Positions 30,332 to 32,000 of a stretch of 32,000 bases of DNA are shown here, piece by piece. The position numbers and the translations under genes are program-made. Numbering within the stretch: the stretch's first letter is position 1; every line of letters starts with the position of its first letter. The stretch comes from Caedibacter taeniospiralis (GTDB lineage: Bacteria; Pseudomonadota; Gammaproteobacteria; Francisellales; Francisellaceae), in contig NZ_PGGB02000006.1 in assembly GCF_002803295.2 (NCBI RefSeq), positions 196-32,195 of the forward strand. Direction: 5' to 3'. The notes beneath the pieces are model-generated. The model did not search any database. It was not told the DNA's origin and saw nothing but the letters and a program-made list of their open reading frames with translations.

Positions 30332-31288
30332 ATGCCACAGGCGAATAATCATTACAAAGACACTTCCAAGACTCATTGGTCCAAATTACCCGAGAAGGGA
30401 AATCTCTTGGCACTTAAGATTATGCTGGCAGCTGTTAAATTAATTGGTAGACGCATTACTTACTGTTTGGCTTACCCTGTCATGGTGTACTTTTATTGTT
30501 TTAACAAAACAGCACGCCTGGCATCACAGCAATATTTTTTGAATCTTGCAACTTATGCCAGGCACCAGAATATTCATATCAAGGCTATGGCATTTCAGCA
30601 GTTTGTTGCTTTCGGTCATAACCTGGTCGATAAAGTCGCCGTGTGGAATCACCAGATAACACGAGAGCATCTTAATTTCCCAAATCGCCATGAACTCCTG
30701 CACTTAATCAATAGCAAACAAGGCTTTGTTATCTTTAGCGCTCACCTTGGCAATATCGAAATTATGCGCGCCATTGCTTCGTCTTCTCAAACCTGTAAAA
30801 TCAACGCACTTATTTTCAATCAACACGCCCAGAAATTTAACGAGCTCCTAACTACACTTAACCCAGACTCTCAGCTTAATCTCATTCCTGTAGTGAATTT
30901 TGACCTAAGCATTGCAATGCAATTACAACATAAAATTGATCAGGGTGAGATCGTCATTATTGCCTGCGATCGCACCCCCACCAGTCGAAAGCAACACTTG
31001 GTTTCAGCTAGCTTTTTAGGCAAAAAAGCGCAATTTCCACAGGGCGGATTCCTACTTGCTCACCTTTTAAAAGCTCCTGTTTACACGATGTTATGCCTTA
31101 AAAATAAGCAAAAATATGACGTGATTTTCCGTCTATTTGCTACCCAACTGCACCTTTCAAGACAACAGCGTGAACAGGAACTGACCCAGTATGCCCAACA
31201 ATACAGTGACTTTCTCGCCGAGTATTGTTTACAATATCCAACCCAGTGGTTTAATTTTTTTGATTTCTGGCGCAAATCTGATGAATAG
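30332..31288 (+). CDS. LpxL/HtrB-like lysophospholipid acyltransferase family protein
   Basis: 'HWSKLPEKGNLLALKIMLAAVKLIGRR', 'GFVIFSAHLGNIEIMR' (HxxxxE-type), 'VIIACDRTP', 'PQGGFLLAHLLKAPVYTML'. Confidence 0.85.
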   Translation: MPQANNHYKDTSKTHWSKLPEKGNLLALKIMLAAVKLIGRRITYCLAYPVMVYFYCFNKTARLASQQYFLNLATYARHQNIHIKAMAFQQFVAFGHNLVDKVAVWNHQITREHLNFPNRHELLHLINSKQGFVIFSAHLGNIEIMRAIASSSQTCKINALIFNQHAQKFNELLTTLNPDSQLNLIPVVNFDLSIAMQLQHKIDQGEIVIIACDRTPTSRKQHLVSASFLGKKAQFPQGGFLLAHLLKAPVYTMLCLKNKQKYDVIFRLFATQLHLSRQQREQELTQYAQQYSDFLAEYCLQYPTQWFNFFDFWRKSDE

Positions 31289-31706
31289 CAAGACCGTTTC
31301 ACATGTCAGTGAAATTACGATTCCATTTTATGATGTAGATAGCCTGCAGATCGCATGGCATGGTCATTATGTCAAATACTTTGAAATTGCTCGCTGTGAG
31401 CTTTTAGATAAAATTGGCTACGACTATTCTGCCATGGCAGAAAGCGGCTACATCTGGCCTGTGGTAGATCTGCACATTAAATACATTCAACCTGCGAGAT
31501 TTGGGCAGTTGATTGAGATTCAGAGTTTGATTATTGAATACCAGAATCGCCTTAAGATCAGTTATGTGATCTATGACAAACTCACAAGGCAAAAACTCAC
31601 CAAGGGACATACGACACAACTTGCTATTGCCCGAAATACTCAAGAGCTGCAGTTTGTTTCTCCATCGATATTAATTCATAAAATTGAGACCTTTAGCCAT
31701 GATTAA
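31281..31706 (+). CDS. Acyl-CoA thioesterase (hotdog fold, 4HBT family)
   Basis: 'IPFYDVDSLQIAWHGHYVKYFEIARCELLDKIGYDY' is the classic 4HBT motif. Start at ATG 31281 overlaps the preceding stop; the track ORF start at 31191 is too early. Confidence 0.88.
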   Translation: MNSKTVSHVSEITIPFYDVDSLQIAWHGHYVKYFEIARCELLDKIGYDYSAMAESGYIWPVVDLHIKYIQPARFGQLIEIQSLIIEYQNRLKISYVIYDKLTRQKLTKGHTTQLAIARNTQELQFVSPSILIHKIETFSHD

Positions 31707-32000
31707 AACCATTCAAAAATTACTATTCATCTGCTTTTTAAGCATCTATGTAACGTTGAATCTGGCTCACGCAGAAGCCTCTGATGACATTTTTAACCAC
31801 CCATTGTCGGCAAAAAATCAGCTCGCTTTCGATAAAGTTCAACAAAAACAGGCTAAAATTGATCACGTGTGCGGGCAATTTATTCAAATACGTCATATGA
31901 AACTACTATCGAAACCCTTGAAATCCAGTGGAACATTTGAACTATCGAAAAAAAATGGACTAAAGTGGCTACAAGAAAAACCTTTCCAGTCAACTCTAAT
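31699..32000 (+). CDS. LolA-like outer-membrane lipoprotein carrier family protein, truncated by window end
   Basis: Read directly: MIKTIQKLLFICFLSIYVTLNLAHAEASDDIFNHPLSAKNQLAFDKVQQKQAKIDHVCGQFIQIRHMKLLSKPLKSSGTFELSKKNGLKWLQEKPFQSTL..., with a signal peptide then 'G.F.Q.R....L..PL.SSG.F......GL.W....P'. Start overlaps the thioesterase stop. Confidence 0.75.
   Translation, partial: MIKTIQKLLFICFLSIYVTLNLAHAEASDDIFNHPLSAKNQLAFDKVQQKQAKIDHVCGQFIQIRHMKLLSKPLKSSGTFELSKKNGLKWLQEKPFQSTL

Noticed and set aside
1-32000. CRISPR array, tRNA/rRNA genes, toxin-antitoxin or restriction system
   Set aside because: No regularly spaced direct repeats, no recognisable tRNA or rRNA sequence, and no adjacent small antitoxin gene beside the Fic gene; none can be supported.

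Overview
Mostly a conserved gammaproteobacterial housekeeping region (Legionellales-like by gene content and style; this is inference). From left to right it contains: a truncated ISL3-type transposase, an SPL-family radical SAM gene, a decayed segment, valS (-), ettA (+), an EamA transporter, a PACE-family efflux protein, proC, yggT, the convergent lspA-ileS-ribF cluster (-), a Fic protein (+), the nrdA-nrdB-ferredoxin group (-), cca (-), msbA-lpxK (+), a DUF5993-dsbB pair (-), a tandem universal stress protein (-), a FUSC-family protein (-), a divergent SNF-like membrane protein (+), a polyprenyl synthase (+), and the start of an acyltransferase/thioesterase/LolA-like cluster (+). No CRISPR array, defence island, prophage or clearly novel multi-gene system was found. 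The most interesting non-ORF signals are: (1) a cobalamin-riboswitch-like element on the minus strand at ~20126-20262, upstream of nrdAB; (2) a 173-bp element with perfect 27-bp inverted arms (19804-19976) between that riboswitch and nrdA; (3) an in-frame TGA at codon 12 of a dsbB-family gene that otherwise has a good Shine-Dalgarno, next to an unlisted 52-aa DUF5993-type ORF; (4) fragments of an RND adaptor gene and of a YcgN/YkgJ-type gene; (5) several families of small intergenic palindromic repeats.
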